DNA from: Octopus sinensis
Lineage: Eukaryota
Assembly (NCBI RefSeq): GCF_006345805.1
Contig: NC_043005.1
Span: 87,668,001 to 87,732,000, forward strand
Length of the DNA stretch: 64,000 nucleotides
Direction: 5' to 3'
Positions within the stretch are counted from its first letter, which is position 1. Every line of letters starts with the position of its first letter. Below, one piece after another: positions 39,692 through 53,755 of the stretch. The translations under genes were made by a program, and so were the position numbers. The notes under the pieces are model-generated. The model worked only from the letters and a program-made list of their open reading frames with translations, ran no database searches and was not told where the DNA came from.

Positions 39692-39950
39692 GTAACAGGC
39701 GTAGCTTCGTGGTAAGAAGCTTGATTCCCAGGAACATGGCTCTGGGATCAGCCTCACTGCATGGCTTCTTCGGTAAGTGTCTTCTACTCTAGCCGAGCCG
39801 ACCAAGAGCCTTGTGAGTGGATAAGTAACGGAAACTGAAAGAAGCCTGTCGTATGTGTATGTTTTTTGTGTATGTGTGTGTGCATGAGGCTCTTTGTGTT
39901 TATATCTCTCCCCTACAACCGCTTGACCAGTGGTGTTAGTGTATTTATGC
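39692..39950 (+). mobile_element. Diverged SINE F2 5' part, abutting a mariner end
   Basis: GGCGTAGCTTCGTGGTAAGAAGCTTG...GGTAAGTGTCTTCTACTCTAG...GGAAACTGAAAGAAGCC. Confidence 0.75.
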
Positions 39951-39954
39951 AAAA

Positions 39955-40812
39955 TAGAAGGCTGAGTAAAAAGTAAGCAACGTTTTGAAACATGAAATTC
40001 ATCACAAAATATTTCAACAACGGGTATGTTTTATTCATCAAAGTAAGTACCATTACAATCAACGCATTTTTGCAAACGCGTCACAAGCTTTTTTTTATTT
40101 CGGTAACATTAAAAAAAGGTTCTGGAGTTGATTAACTCTTTGAATGCCTTTTCAGCACCAGATTTGATTTTTGAACTCCTTCTCTCGCAGGAAACCATCA
40201 AACTGCTTGAAAAAGTGGTAGTCGCTAGAAGAAATTTCTGGGGAATGAGCTGGGCAGAAAGAACTTCTTGGCCAAGTTCTCCCAACTTCTGGAGCGTCAT
40301 TAGTGAAACGTGTGGTCGAGCATTGTCATGAAGAATGATTGGCCCTCATCTGTTGACCAGTCTGGGCGGAGAACTAGCATGTTTTCGTTCATTTTGGCAA
40401 TGTTTCTGCAGCAATGGTTTTTCCGGGTTTTAAGAAGTTATAGTGGATGAGTCCTGCAGTATATCACCAAACAGTCATCTTATCTTTATTTTTGAAGCGC
40501 TCAGATTTAGGGAAGTCTTCCGGTGCTTCATTTAGGTCCAACCACTGCGAAGAACGTTTTTATTATTGTACAAAATCCACTTTTCATCGCAAGTTACAAT
40601 ACAGTGGACAAATAGATCGGTCCAGTTACAGAAAAAGCGAGCAACTTTCATATCTGCACATTTTCTGATTTTCGTTTAAATCGTGTGGTACCCATTTGTG
40701 GAGCATTTCTGATTTTCCGATCGCATTGTTGCAGGCAGTTTTCTGGCTAACGTGAAGTTCTTTTGCCAGTTCTCGAGTAGTTTTGTGTGGGTCTTTCTTT
40801 AATTGACCGGCG
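39955..40812 (-). mobile_element. Mariner (DD34D-type) transposon relic, 5' truncated
   Basis: LHKWVPHDLNENQK, IVTCDEKWILYNN, ILHDNARPH, HSPEISSSDYHFFK; frameshifted. TIR-like end near 39955-39985. Confidence 0.9.
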
Positions 40813-40925
40813 TCCCCAGTACTCAACTGGTACTTATTTTATCGGTCCTAAAAGAACGGTAAAGTCGACATCGGAGGAATTTGATTTCAGAAAAATGTAC
40901 ACGGACGAAATGTTGTTAATACCTT
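40812..40925 (-). mobile_element. SINE F1 fragment
   Basis: CCAGTACTCAACTGGTACTTATTTTATCG...AAAGTCGACATCGGAGGAATTTG. Confidence 0.75.
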
Positions 40926-41499
40926 TGTGTACTAACTGTTCGCCTTGATATGAATGTTTGAATATAATTTTCAGTCAACGTACGTAACCACACACACACA
41001 CACACACACACACACAACACACACACACACACACACACACACTCTATCTACTTCTTTATCTATCTCTCTTCTCTCTCTCCCTCTCTCTATCTACAGTGAA
41101 GAACAGTACACAAATATACACACACCTGTACACACACAAACACATATACGCACACAGACACGCATGAAAGCACGTTCGCATGTGGATTTCGTACTAAGAT
41201 ATAATTACAAATCTACTTCGAAGCACATATTCAAGTAATTAGCAAAATACATCTGTACTGTCATTGTGGGAAATCATTATAACATGCTAGAAGCCGTAAT
41301 ATCTCTGCGTTATTGAATATTTAAGGAAAAACGAGGCGGCTGCGCAGTTAAATGATTGTTGCTGTCGACTCAGAAGGGAGCTCACTGGCGCTCAGTAATG
41401 TGATTACAACGTAAATACACGAATCTGCATTTATTTATGCAGATGCAAAAAAGAGGCGTTTGTTTAGATGCTACGTATATATAATATATATTGAGAGAT

Positions 41500-41875
41500 G
41501 GAGAGATAGATAGATACATACATGGATACATGCATACATACACACAAACATACATGCATGCATACATATACAGATGCATGCATATACATGCATACACACA
41601 AACATACATACATGCGTACATAAATGCATACATACATTCATACATGCATGGATACATATATACATAGATGCATACATACATAAGCATACATACATACATG
41701 CATGAATATATACATACATAGATGCATACATACAGCATACATACATGCATACATACATGCATACATACATGTATACATATATTCATACATACATCATGCA
41801 TATATACATACATATATTCATACATACATACATGCTTATATACATACATAGATGCATACATACACATGCATGTAT
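41500..41875. repeat. Complex (CATA/CATG)n low-complexity array
   Basis: Direct reading. Confidence 0.9.
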
Positions 41876-42444
41876 ATCTCTTTTAAAATCAAAGAGAAAC
41901 ATATGTATAGACACCTTGAATACCACTATTTTCTATATCCAGATTATGTGTTCATATCTATACCAATAATGATTTGTATACTTTCTGTCCGTCAGTGTAT
42001 ATCGGTCATAGGGAAACTTCAGACTCGGTAATGACCCCATTGTCTTGCGCCATTTCCGCTCTGTCTTTGTTCGGACTGTCTTTTCACTGGGGCCATCCGG
42101 ACGCCTGCTTTCACGTGGACCTGAATTAATCCTCTCTTTTCCTCCTTTGCGCCACATGGGCGCAACTCACCTCCTCTTTTCATCCGTCATCAACCTCACA
42201 TCATCTCTTCATTTGATTCTAACCCATCTCCACTATACATTCTTTCGGTGCGAATGTTTTTGTTTTTTTTTAAACGGTGCCGCTTTTACAATCCTGTAAA
42301 TAATAATAACGGTATTTTTATATAAGCTTAAAGCTTATGGCGATCACTGTGCAATGACTAAGGAAAATAGTCTAATAAACGGCATCTAAGCCTTCGAGGG
42401 ATAAAAGAGGGCTTTCCTATCCGCTTGGAATACATATATATATA

Positions 42445-42838
42445 CAGAAATGGCTGTGTGGTAAGTAGTTTGCTTACCAACCACATGGTTCTGGGTTCAG
42501 TCCCACTGTGTGGCACCTTGGGCAAGTGTCTTCTACTATAGTCTTGGGCAGACCAAATCTTGTGAGTGGATTTTGTAGACGGAAACTGAAAGAAGCCCGT
42601 CATATATATATATATATATATGTGTGTGTTTGTGTGTCTGTGGATGTCCCCGCACCAGCACTTGACAGTATATGTCGGTGTGTTTACGGTACCGTAATCT
42701 AGCGATTCGTCGAAGAGACCGATAGATTAAGTACTAGACTTACAAAGAATAAGTCCTGAGGTCTATTTGTTCGCTTAAAGGTGCTCCAGCGTGGCCGTAG
42801 TCAAGTGGCTGCAACAAGTAAAAGAATAAAAGAATAAA
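42445..42838 (+). mobile_element. SINE F2, full length
   Basis: TGGCTGTGTGGTAAG...GGTTCAGTCCCACTG...CACCTTGGGCAAGTGTCTT...AAGTAAAAGAATAAAAGAATA. Confidence 0.92.
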
Positions 42839-42859
42839 ATGATATATATATATATATAA

Positions 42860-42916
<57 letters not shown>

Positions 42917-42924
42917 GACTGCGG

Positions 42925-43337
42925 TCTTTTATGCTTTTACTTGTTTCAGTCATTTGACAGAGGCCATGCTGGAACACCGTCTTTAGTCGAACAAATCGAC
43001 CCCAGGACTTATTCTTTGCAAGCCCAGTACTAATTTTATCGGTTTCTTTTGCCGAACCGCTAGGTTACGGGGACGTTAACAAACCAATTTCTGTTATCAA
43101 GTGATGGTGAGGGATGGACAAACACAGAAACAGAAAAACACAGGCACACACACACACTCATATGTACATATGTATATGACGGGCTTCTTTCAGTTTCCGT
43201 CTACCAGATTGACTACCAAGGCAGTAGTCGGCCCGAGGCTAGAGTAGAAAACACTTCCCCCGTGTGGTATACAGTGTGACTGAACAAGGAACCATGTCGT
43301 TGGTAAGTAAGCTACTTACCACGCAGCCACTCCTGCA
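42925..43337 (-). mobile_element. SINE F2, full length
   Basis: Reverse-complement copy, tail-to-tail with 42445-42838. Confidence 0.9.
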
Positions 43338-43519
43338 CCTATATATATATATTTAAATATCGACGTACTGCGTCTTTCCGTTTAAGAAACTTTTAATATT
43401 CTCTTTAACATTCCTAATTATATTTTAATCGTCTTCATAATAGTGTTATTGCAGTAATTGTAAATATAATTCTTTAAACCCATTAATGAATTAGTTTATT
43501 TCCATTACAACTACACATA

Positions 43520-43542
43520 TTATTATTATTATCATTCTTCTT

Positions 43543-43613
<71 letters not shown>

Positions 43614-43625
43614 TAGTAGTAGTAT

Positions 43626-43696
<71 letters not shown>

Positions 43697-43697
43697 T
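43520..43697. repeat. Compound trinucleotide array (TTA)(TTC)(TTA)(GTA)
   Basis: Direct reading. Confidence 0.95.
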
Positions 43698-44129
43698 CAT
43701 TGATACTCTTATGAATATCCTGTTTGTTTCCATTCACCCAACAATATACTTCATTTCCTTATTCGAGGAGACATCACATTAGCTCTGAATTAGAAGCCAA
43801 GATTTTGTTTCGAGGTTCGTGTTCAATGAATTTCATGTCTGCCGTGTCGAAATTATCCGTGGCAAATTGTCCTGTTTATTAACATAAATTGCTTACTGAA
43901 TTTTAATATAAGAAATTGTGCTACCCACACAATGAGGTTTTTAACGCGTCGGATTGAGTATCCTGCCGTATTTCTTCTGACTTGTTGGCTGGCTGGCTGA
44001 CTTGTTGGCTTGTTGTAAATCTCGTAACGGTAATGTGATAAAATATTTAATTTGGGAGGAGAAAGCAGGGCCTCTGCAACGAGAGGTGAAATGGGAATTT
44101 AGATTAGTTATATTAATACTAATTAGGAG

Positions 44130-44360
44130 AAGGCAGTGAGCTGGCAGAAACGTTAGCACGCCGGGCGAAATGCTTAGCAGTATTTCGTCTCCACTTAAGC
44201 TCGGAGTTCAAATTCCGCCGAGGTCGACTTTGCCTTTCATCCTTTCGGGGTCGATAAATAAATTACCAGTTTCGCACTGGGGTCGATGTAATCGATTTAA
44301 TCCATTTGTCTGTTCGCGTTTGTCCTCTCTATGTTTAGCCCCTTGTGAACAATAAATAAA
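44130..44360 (+). mobile_element. SINE F1, full length
   Basis: AGGCAGTGAGCTGGCAGAAACGTTAGCACGCCGGGCG...GGAGTTCAAATTCCGCCGAGGTCGACTTTGCC. Confidence 0.93.
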
Positions 44361-44418
44361 AAATATATATAAATACTAATTAGGAGAGAGGGAGAAATAG
44401 AGAGCGAGAAAGATAGAA

Positions 44419-44452
<34 letters not shown>

Positions 44453-44654
44453 AGAATATCAGGTAGTCAGCTAATGAGACATGTAGTACGACAAACAGAG
44501 AATATGTAAAATAACTGAAGTTAATTGACATTTCTAGAATCATTTCGGAAATGGTTATGGCCAGAGATGGCGACAGGGATGATTTTTGCCATGATTACGT
44601 AACCAGAGGCGGTCTTGAGAATCATCTATAATGCGTAGGTTAAGGCATATTTCT

Positions 44655-45220
44655 TTATTCTTGTCTACTGTAGGCACAAGACCCGAACTTTGGGGAGGAG
44701 GCCAGTCGATTAGAAACTGGTACTTAATTTATCGACTCCGAAAGGATGAAAGGCAAATTCGACCTCGGCGGAATTTGAACTCAGAACGTAGAGGCAGATG
44801 AAATACCTATTTCTTTACTACCCACAAGGGGTTAAACACAGAGAGGACAAACAAAGACAGACAAACGGATTAAGTCGATTACAACGAGCCCATTGCATAC
44901 CTGGTACTTATTTAATCGACCTGGAAAGGATGAAAGGCAAACTCGACCTCGGTGGAATTTGTACTCAGAACGTAACGACAGACGAAATACCTATTTCTTT
45001 ATTACCCACAAGGGGCTAAACACAGAGGGGACAAACAAGGACAGACATAGGTATTAAGTCGATTACATCGACCCCAGTGCGTAACTGGTACTTAATTTAT
45101 CGACCCCGAAAGGATGAAAGGCGAAGTCGACCTCGACGGAATTTGAACTCACAACGTAACGCAGACGAAATACCGCTAAGCATTTCACCTGCGTACTAAC
45201 GATTCCGCCAGCTCGCCGCC
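44655..45220 (-). mobile_element. SINE F1 trimer
   Basis: One full head plus two head-truncated units, each joined at AAAGAAATAG|GTATTTC. Confidence 0.92.
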
Positions 45221-45419
45221 AAAGTAATTTTTTATTATCACATAAAATAATATCGTTTTAGGTTTTGTCAATAAGACTGAGGTTTAGACAAAATATTTGA
45301 TGGATGGATACCTGAGGCATATAACTCGCGTGCCACATGTGATAAAGAAGAGAAACAAAGAATTGGTTTACATCACTATATAATGGGTAACTAGAGTGGA
45401 ATGCTAGAGCATAAGATAT

Positions 45420-45640
45420 ATTGTTTTGTGGTAATTGTTCGGGATCTCTGCGCTTTGAGTTCAAATTCGGCCGAGCTCTTTCATTATTCTGGAAGTCTAA
45501 AAATACCAGTTCTATAATGGGGCAATACTCCTCTGTTTCTCATAGTCTTCGTCTGACAGTTTCCTTCTGCCAGAAATTGAAAGTGGTTAGACCTAGGGAA
45601 GGATTGTCTTTACCCAGGTGTAAAAATATCCAAGACACAC
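45420..45640 (+). mobile_element. Highly diverged SINE F1-like copy
   Basis: GAGTTCAAATTCGGCCGAGCTC...AAAAATACCAG...GAAATTG. Confidence 0.5.
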
Positions 45641-46032
45641 CGCGTATATCACGAACACGCTACTAACTTATTATATAGATGAGGAGTTCAGGTAAGCCAA
45701 GGCAATAGTCTTTGGGAATATAGAGGTATCGACTTGTGAGCTTAGGATGTATGTTTTCGATGTGTATATATCGGTGCATATGCATGTGTGTATGTGTGTG
45801 TGTGTGCTGTATTATCATAATTGGTAAGCTCAGTTTTCTTCAAATAAATAGGAAAAACGATATGAAATTCAATACGAAGGTTGATGGGAATTTATATGAA
45901 GAATATATAATGGTAAATTTATGTGGAATATTTTTTATAGCTAATTTTCTGTTATAATCATGATTTAACTGTCTTCTCCAAATGGTCGTCACACGTTTCC
46001 ATACCCGCCTACCTACCTCCCTTCATACATTC

Positions 46033-46069
<37 letters not shown>

Positions 46070-46147
46070 ATATGTATGTATAGATAGATAGATATATGTA
46101 TATATATGTACGTATGTATATATAGAGAGAGATAGATAGATATATAC

Positions 46148-46180
<33 letters not shown>

Positions 46181-46588
46181 AATAAATAATGCATATATCT
46201 GTGCGCGTGTATGATTCTGGTTTTTGCATCTTATCGTCAGTGGAGTGTGTGTGTATACACATACATACACACATATACATTACTGCTTGTTCATATGTCG
46301 AGTAATATATAAACACAGCTGAACATTAAAATGAAGGTTTATAGAAAGTTTTACTTCTGTATTTATGAACTTTCCGCAGTAAAAGTTCTTACCGTGACTT
46401 CGAATTTTAGGCTTACATTCCTGTCTCCGTGATTTCTGTGAGTGAAAACAGTCCGAAACGTTAGTCGTTGCCAACATTATCCTTGTAAATATTATTACAC
46501 GCACACAGATACACAGACACAAACACACACGTACGCACACACATATATACGTTTATATATGTACCTACCTATCTGTCTATCTCAATTC

Positions 46589-46643
<55 letters not shown>

Positions 46644-47086
46644 CTCTCTCGCTATACATATATATGTATATGTACATTTTAATTTTTTTTCGTATTTTCA
46701 TTTTTATTTTTATTTTTATTTGTGATTTAAATTAAATTATGACTTGTGAAGTAAGGTCCGACAAACCTATTTACTCATAGACATACTTATATGTTTAAAA
46801 TATAATTTTCTGTATCAAACTATGATAATGTTATTTAGAGGTCTGATGATTGGGGTTACATTTTAAGAAAGGTTCCTGTAAAACACGGCGTGGTTAAGGA
46901 ACCGTAAAATGAACCTCAAGTCGAGATATGAGTAGTAAGTATTAAATTAAAGTTCTTTTATATGGTGGGATGAAGCGGACTATTATCTCTAAATAAAAAA
47001 TATATATATTTCCTTATTGAGAATAATTTGAACCCCTGTGATGCCGGAATTTTTATTCCCTAACGAATAAAATAAAATATACATAC

Positions 47087-47170
<84 letters not shown>

Positions 47171-47251
47171 CACACAGATATATATATATACATATATATT
47201 TATATATACATATATATACATACACACAGATATATATACACATGCATATGT

Positions 47252-47291
<40 letters not shown>

Positions 47292-48367
47292 ATGTATGTA
47301 TATATATTCTCGTGATATTCTCTTTGGTTTCCAGTCTAATTTGTGACAGACATCCCCTATAAACTTGCCGAAATTGTGAGGTATCACTCACTGCCTATCT
47401 ACAGTCACACTTTACGTTTACTGGCGCACCAGAGAGTGAATTACTTAAATATAAAACAATCAGAGACACCTTCCGGAAATAAAAAGCGATAATTAACTTA
47501 CTTCAAAAATGCTTCATGTCAGGAACTTTAAATATATTAGTAGAAATTGACAGGTTTTAAGAAACATAATTCTTATAAATTAATGATTATTGATATTTTT
47601 GATCATCCTATAATCAGGGGAGATAACTTCAGATATGTTGTAGTCCTCTTTAGCGAAACATAGCTTCTATAGTATTTGTTACTCTAGTAATATAATAAAG
47701 CAGTCGATAAATATTCAATACTATGTCCATATTCATGAAGAGAAGGAGTATTCATGAAGAGAAGGAGTATTCTATCAATGGATACATTGGTATTAACATA
47801 CCCAAGATATGGTCGTTTGGAAGGTTACCTTGAAATGAGCATAACGTGAGAATCAATACGATATTCATCAATGTTCATTATTATTTTGTTTTTCCTTCTT
47901 TCTTCAAATTTTCTTCCGTTTCTCTCCGAGTGTTTTCCGTACACCTAGGGCAGAGAAGCTCATTGTGTGCATTCCTAGATTAGACATGCAAATTCAAGGG
48001 TAAAATATGTATTTAAAAAATGAATAAATAAATAAATTCATGGATGGATGTTGTTTTCACAGTCACAATGCTCTTCTCAGTACATGAGCCGTTCCAGTTA
48101 TACGATTTTTTACACTATTATTATTATTAGTAGTCAAGACGAAGAGCGCGATTCGATTGTAAGATATTTTTTGTTGAACGTTATTTCAACAGTAAGCCTG
48201 TCTTTGTCAAGTTCAAAATGAGAAGTGATAAAAATTCAAAATTATAGAAATTAAAAAGTAAAGTATGAACGAGAGCAACCAGCGTTCACACGTTGATGGA
48301 ATGACATCATCAGTTTTTAAGCTATAATTTTGTGACAGGCGAAAAGAAAATGGCAGAAAAATTATCA

Positions 48368-48450
<83 letters not shown>

Positions 48451-49619
48451 TTTTGGATAGGCACGGGGTAAAATTTCGGAAGTCTATATCGGTTTTGTTC
48501 AGCCCACCACGGCCATGTATAACCCTATTGCTTATGTCGTGTTGTATGTATATTGTTATGAAAATAAAGTGTCACGTGATCGCTGCCATATCTATCACTG
48601 GCTCTAAAAAGAAATTAAACTTTCGTCTGCTAAACCTAATGTTTTTTTTTATTTTTACTTTTTTTCTTTATTCTTTTTTCTTCTTCTTCTGCTTGTTCCT
48701 TTTTGCTCTCTATTCTGATATGAATGTATTTGATTCTGCTCGTTTATTGATTCTTGGATGTAATAATAAAATATCTTCGGTATCGGTGCCTTCCATAAGA
48801 TAAGTAAATAATCTTTGACAAATTACAACCGCAAAATCAAAAATAAAAGTTAAAAAAATACACACACATACAGAAATAACATCAACGTTTTCTGCTAGAA
48901 CCATAAATATCTGATAAATAGAGAGAACTCAAAGGAGAATGCAATGAAGAATAATTGTAGGAGAGCCGAAAATTCAATTATCTGAAGAGGAAAATAAGCT
49001 GTCGTTACAAAGTTGTAATTCAAAACCGAGGAAAATTTAGAAGGCAATCTTGGAAAACTCCATTAGTTATCTAAGTTTAGTGACTTAAAATGGATGAGAA
49101 GTAAAGTATGTTGAACGTTTCTATGTCAAGTTAAGTTTTGAGTTTGGAGAAAATATACTCGAAAACTTTTAATCACATTTTCATTCTTAGAAACCTTTTG
49201 ATGACGGTAAAAGTTAGTGAAATACTAGATCACCGAAATAAATTTAGTATTTTGCAAATAAAAAGTAGAAAACTAAACAAAACAGTGTTCTTCATCGGCA
49301 TAAATCAGTCATTTTTCTCATTTGGATAAGTTCATTTGCAGTGGGAGGTTTGTATTTTATTTTCTCCGAACGACGTCTCTGCTATAGAAAGCATTGGTAC
49401 CTTCGTCTTCTCATGACATACAAACTTATTCACGTATTCCCGTTAATAATAAATTGTTTGTCCCCTCTGTGTTTAGCCCCTTGTTGGTAGTAAAGAAATA
49501 GGTATTTCGTATGTGTGAGTTTGGATTTATTGGTAATTATTATTGGAGTGTGTCTTTATAGTAAGTGCATATTTCTATTGACTGTTCTTGTGTTATTTCC
49601 TGTTATAATTATTTGTGGG

Positions 49620-50330
49620 ATAGTCTTCGTTCGAAAACTATCCGTGTGTATTCCCATGTGGGGGAAACATTAATTGCTTGTTTCACCGTACATTCGGGTT
49701 GAGAACGTTGGACAACTTCCAAAAGTCCTTGATCTGGCAATGTTATAGAGGAGCCTTGTCCGTTTCGGATAAGCTCGCAAGACATGGTAATCGTCAGTCG
49801 CCGACCTGTCCAAGATGTGGGGGAGACAGGGAAACCGTCCCTCACGCTATTGTCCAGTGTCCGGCGGTATCTGAAATGTGAATTTATATTGAATACCTGT
49901 TGTCCGGCGAAGGAAGAATACGGCTGTCGACTGAGTCAATTATAAAAATTTAACAAACGAGGGTAAGAATTGTTTTCTCATGTTTGTAGCGATAGCGAAA
50001 GAGGCAGTACGGAAGACTAGGATAAAAGGGATTAAGACAGGCAACTTTATCTCCGGCCACGATTTACGATCATTTTTTACTTCTCATTTGAAAAGGAAGG
50101 TGTGGCTGGTTGTAGGAGAGGTGTCTATCGGAGAGTTTGTTCAAAAAGAGCTGGAAGCATGTTGCACGAGTGTTGTGCGTGCAGGGAACCGTGTGAATAG
50201 GCTATAAAAGAAAAACAAAAAAAAATGGTACCAGCGATAGATCGGGGTTTGTGGGGTCGGAGCGTGATCTGATCACCGCTATATTTGTGTTGTCTCTGTA
50301 TTGTTAATTTCATTCGATTTTTTAAATATT
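49620..50330 (+). mobile_element. Tx1/L1-clade LINE 3' fragment (zf-RVT-like CCHC region)
   Basis: LIWQCYRGALSVSDKLARHGNRQSPTCPRCGGDRETVPHAIVQCP: W...L...L.R.G...C..C....ET..H....C pattern. Confidence 0.85.
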
Positions 50331-50700
50331 TTATATAATTTTTATATTCATATTTTATGTAGAATCATAACGTATTACTGACTTAAGAAATTCGCTCCAC
50401 AACAATGAAGTCTGAAGGGAAATTACACAGCAGGACATATTGGGTAGATATTGTCTTCTATAACGTCCACCTTATGCGTACCTGATGAGTTAAAATGGTT
50501 TTAGACAGAATTTATAGAAGCCTGTCAGGCGGATTGTACCACTAATTGAGAATTTATTACTGCATCACACCGATTCCGTTTGAGAATTATGGTAAGGATA
50601 TATGTGTATGTGGGACATTCAACTAGAGACGTTAATTCTGGACGAAGTAATTGAGTTGAGAGAACCAGTGCGGCTTCGTAGTTGAACGATGGATATCCAC

Positions 50701-50772
50701 GACCACGAAGACTACCACGGCCACCAAGTTTTATTGATAGATTTATAGATATTGATAGATAGATATATATAT

Positions 50773-50826
<54 letters not shown>

Positions 50827-50827
50827 G

Positions 50828-50896
<69 letters not shown>

Positions 50897-51339
50897 GTAG
50901 GTAGGTAGGTAGGTAGATAAATAGCCCACGAAGCCAACCATGGCCACCAAGACTTTTAGATAGATAGATAGATAGATAGATAGATATGTTTCTTTATTAG
51001 CCACACAGGGCTGCACACAGACAGAACAAATTATAAGGTAGAGCTTTTCTTTTGGGGGTAAAAAAAGGATGTTGGTTTTCGATCAAAAGGGATCGTAAAA
51101 GGAAAGAAAAAGGACAAAAAAAGGGGAGGATTTTTTAAAAAAAAGGGCGGGAAAGGGAAAAAAAAGAAAAGGGGAGAGGAAAAAAAAAGTGATCAATAGG
51201 GATCGTAATCACAGAAATGTCAATATGAAGTGTAAAGGGGAGGACAGGTGAGGTTTACCCGTGGAAGGAAAAGCCTACGGAAAAGACCACGGTAACCTCG
51301 GTCAATGAAGTCACATGTTAGATAGATAGATAGATAGAT

Positions 51340-51371
<32 letters not shown>

Positions 51372-51452
51372 CCCAGGAAGCCTACCATGACCACCAAGAT
51401 TTATAGATAGACAGACAGATACATACATACATACATACATACATACATAGAC

Positions 51453-51542
<90 letters not shown>

Positions 51543-51600
51543 CCCACGAAGCCTACCAATATTTATAGGTAGATAGATAGATAGGTAAATAGATAGATAG
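50701..51600. repeat. Composite satellite: about 33-bp GC-rich spacer alternating with (GATA)n
   Basis: GCCCACGAAGCCTACCATGGCCACCAAGATTTATA-like units at 50701, 50924, 51371 and 51542. Confidence 0.85.
50987..51318 (-). mobile_element. Retroelement 3'-UTR-like fragment inserted in (GATA)n
   Basis: Pyrimidine-rich minus strand ending CCCTGTGTGGCTAATAAAGAAACA, flanked on both sides by GATA repeats. Tx1-like origin is inference. Confidence 0.55.
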
Positions 51601-52195
51601 ATAAAAAGATACATAGAGAGAGAGATGATCTATATGACTGCAATCAGCCTTGAGATCTCGTTGATACACTGATCTTCCCAATGTAGAACATCATCTCTTT
51701 CCGCACAAGGTTTTACACCAAGAATCTTGCAACATGAACATATGTGCATGCGCGCGCGCGCATGTGTGTGTGTGTGTTAATGTTATATATTCACAGAAAT
51801 ATATACGAAACACAAATGTAGACATAAATGAAGTGAGAGGCTAAATCGAGAGAAAAAAATGAAAACGGCCAACCGTAGAAGGGGGGGGGGAAGAAGACGA
51901 TATTTATGATCGTCTGCCTAAGACATTTCATAACAAGCTTTCACAAAATAGGTTTTTTTTTTTTTCGTTTTTTTGACGAGTTCCTCAATATGAAATGTTG
52001 ATTAAGAGACATTTATTTCAAAACAAACATTATTGATTTCAGTTGAAGGTTTGAGGGATCAGAAGCAACATATTTGAAGCTTCTAGCTTCGCACACCAGG
52101 CCTTTTAAACTCGTTAAAAGTTATCAGTAGGACAGCCGACAGCTTCTTTCTCTCGAAACATCAACACTGCTGTGTTTTGTATACAAACGGAAAAT

Positions 52196-52344
<149 letters not shown>

Positions 52345-52670
52345 TAAAGAAACGTTCACAGCTTCTTATTGGCTAATGTGTTGATTTTTCCTTAAGAAAC
52401 GTGTCGAAATAAATAAAAAAAAGAATTCAGTTGAATGGAAATGTGAAGAAGCGGGTGGGAAAATACTGCTTTATTCATATTTTGTTGAAGTCAAGAGAAC
52501 AGCAACGTCCATTAAATACAAGACAGGAAGTATTCTAAAACTGATGTATACAAACGAATAGCGAAGATGTATGCATATGTCTGTATGTCTGCTTGTGTAT
52601 AAGGATTGAGACAGTTATATACATACATATGTATATACAGAAGTAACTTTCATTGGCATATATATATATG

Positions 52671-52752
<82 letters not shown>

Positions 52753-52778
52753 TAGATAGATGGATGGATAGATAGATG

Positions 52779-52818
<40 letters not shown>

Positions 52819-53337
52819 CGTATAAATATGTGTGTGTGTTTATGCATGTATACTTATATGTATATCGTAATTATATGTGTATAAAAAAAGAAACAGAAAC
52901 TAGGAGGTGAATCTGAAACAGGAAGTAGAGTTTAAAATTTATTTGAAAAGCAATGCTAGTAACTTCGAAGTGTGACCTGATGCAAGCTAAACGGATAGTG
53001 TTTTAAAAAACCACCCAAGGTACGTAATATGATGAAGCAGAAAAAGAGCAGTAGTGAGCCATATAATGAAATTAAAGCAAATTTGAAGACAGGAAGATTA
53101 ACTGATGTACATATTACTGCTATAATTCAATACGAAGAGTTGGAGTTACGGAGAATTTTAGTACAAATAAATAAAGGAATAAGAAAGGAGGAACTGTTTA
53201 ATACATATCCTACCAGCTGTCTGGAGCATAACAAATTTGAAGTATTGTACCTGGACCTCTATTACTAAAAACAATGAGCTTTGAAGGAATATATATGATA
53301 TGCTTTTTGCCATATATATACAATATACCGAACCGAA

Positions 53338-53755
53338 TGTGGATGTGCAATGGCCCAGTGATTAGAGCAGTGGACTCGCGGTCATTGGATCGCGGTTCCG
53401 ATTCCCAGACCGGACGTTGTGAGTATTTATTGAGCAAAAGCACTTAAAGATCCACGAGGCTCCGGTAGGGGTTGGTGGAGAACCCTGCTGTACTCTTTCA
53501 CCACAATTTCTCTCACTTTTCCTGTTCCTGTTGTGTATTTCAAAGGGCCAACCTTGTCACACTCTGTGTCACTCTGAATCTCCCCGAGAACTACGTTAAA
53601 GATATACGTGTCTGTGGAGTGCTCAATCCTCGTGCTTAACCCTCGTTAAAGGGTGCTCAACCCTTGTTAAAGAGTGCTCAACCCTCTTTCAAGATACACG
53701 TGTCTGTGGAGTGCCCAACTGGAACCCTCGTCGTCGTAACTGACGGAGTGCCACA
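53338..53755 (+). mobile_element. SINE F3 with tail E (tail shared with F4)
   Basis: F3 head and body, then GGCCAACCTTGTCACACTCTGTGTCAC...CTGGAACCCTCGTCGTCGTAACTGACGGAGTGCC. Confidence 0.88.

Noticed and set aside
50482-50515. CTGATGA followed by a hairpin
   Set aside because: Followed by AGAA rather than GAAA; no stem I or III.
50701-51600. CRISPR-like array
   Set aside because: Eukaryotic context; the variable parts are GATA microsatellites rather than unique spacers; no cas genes.
53029-53268. 79-aa ORF
   Set aside because: No recognisable motif; an ORF of this length is expected by chance.
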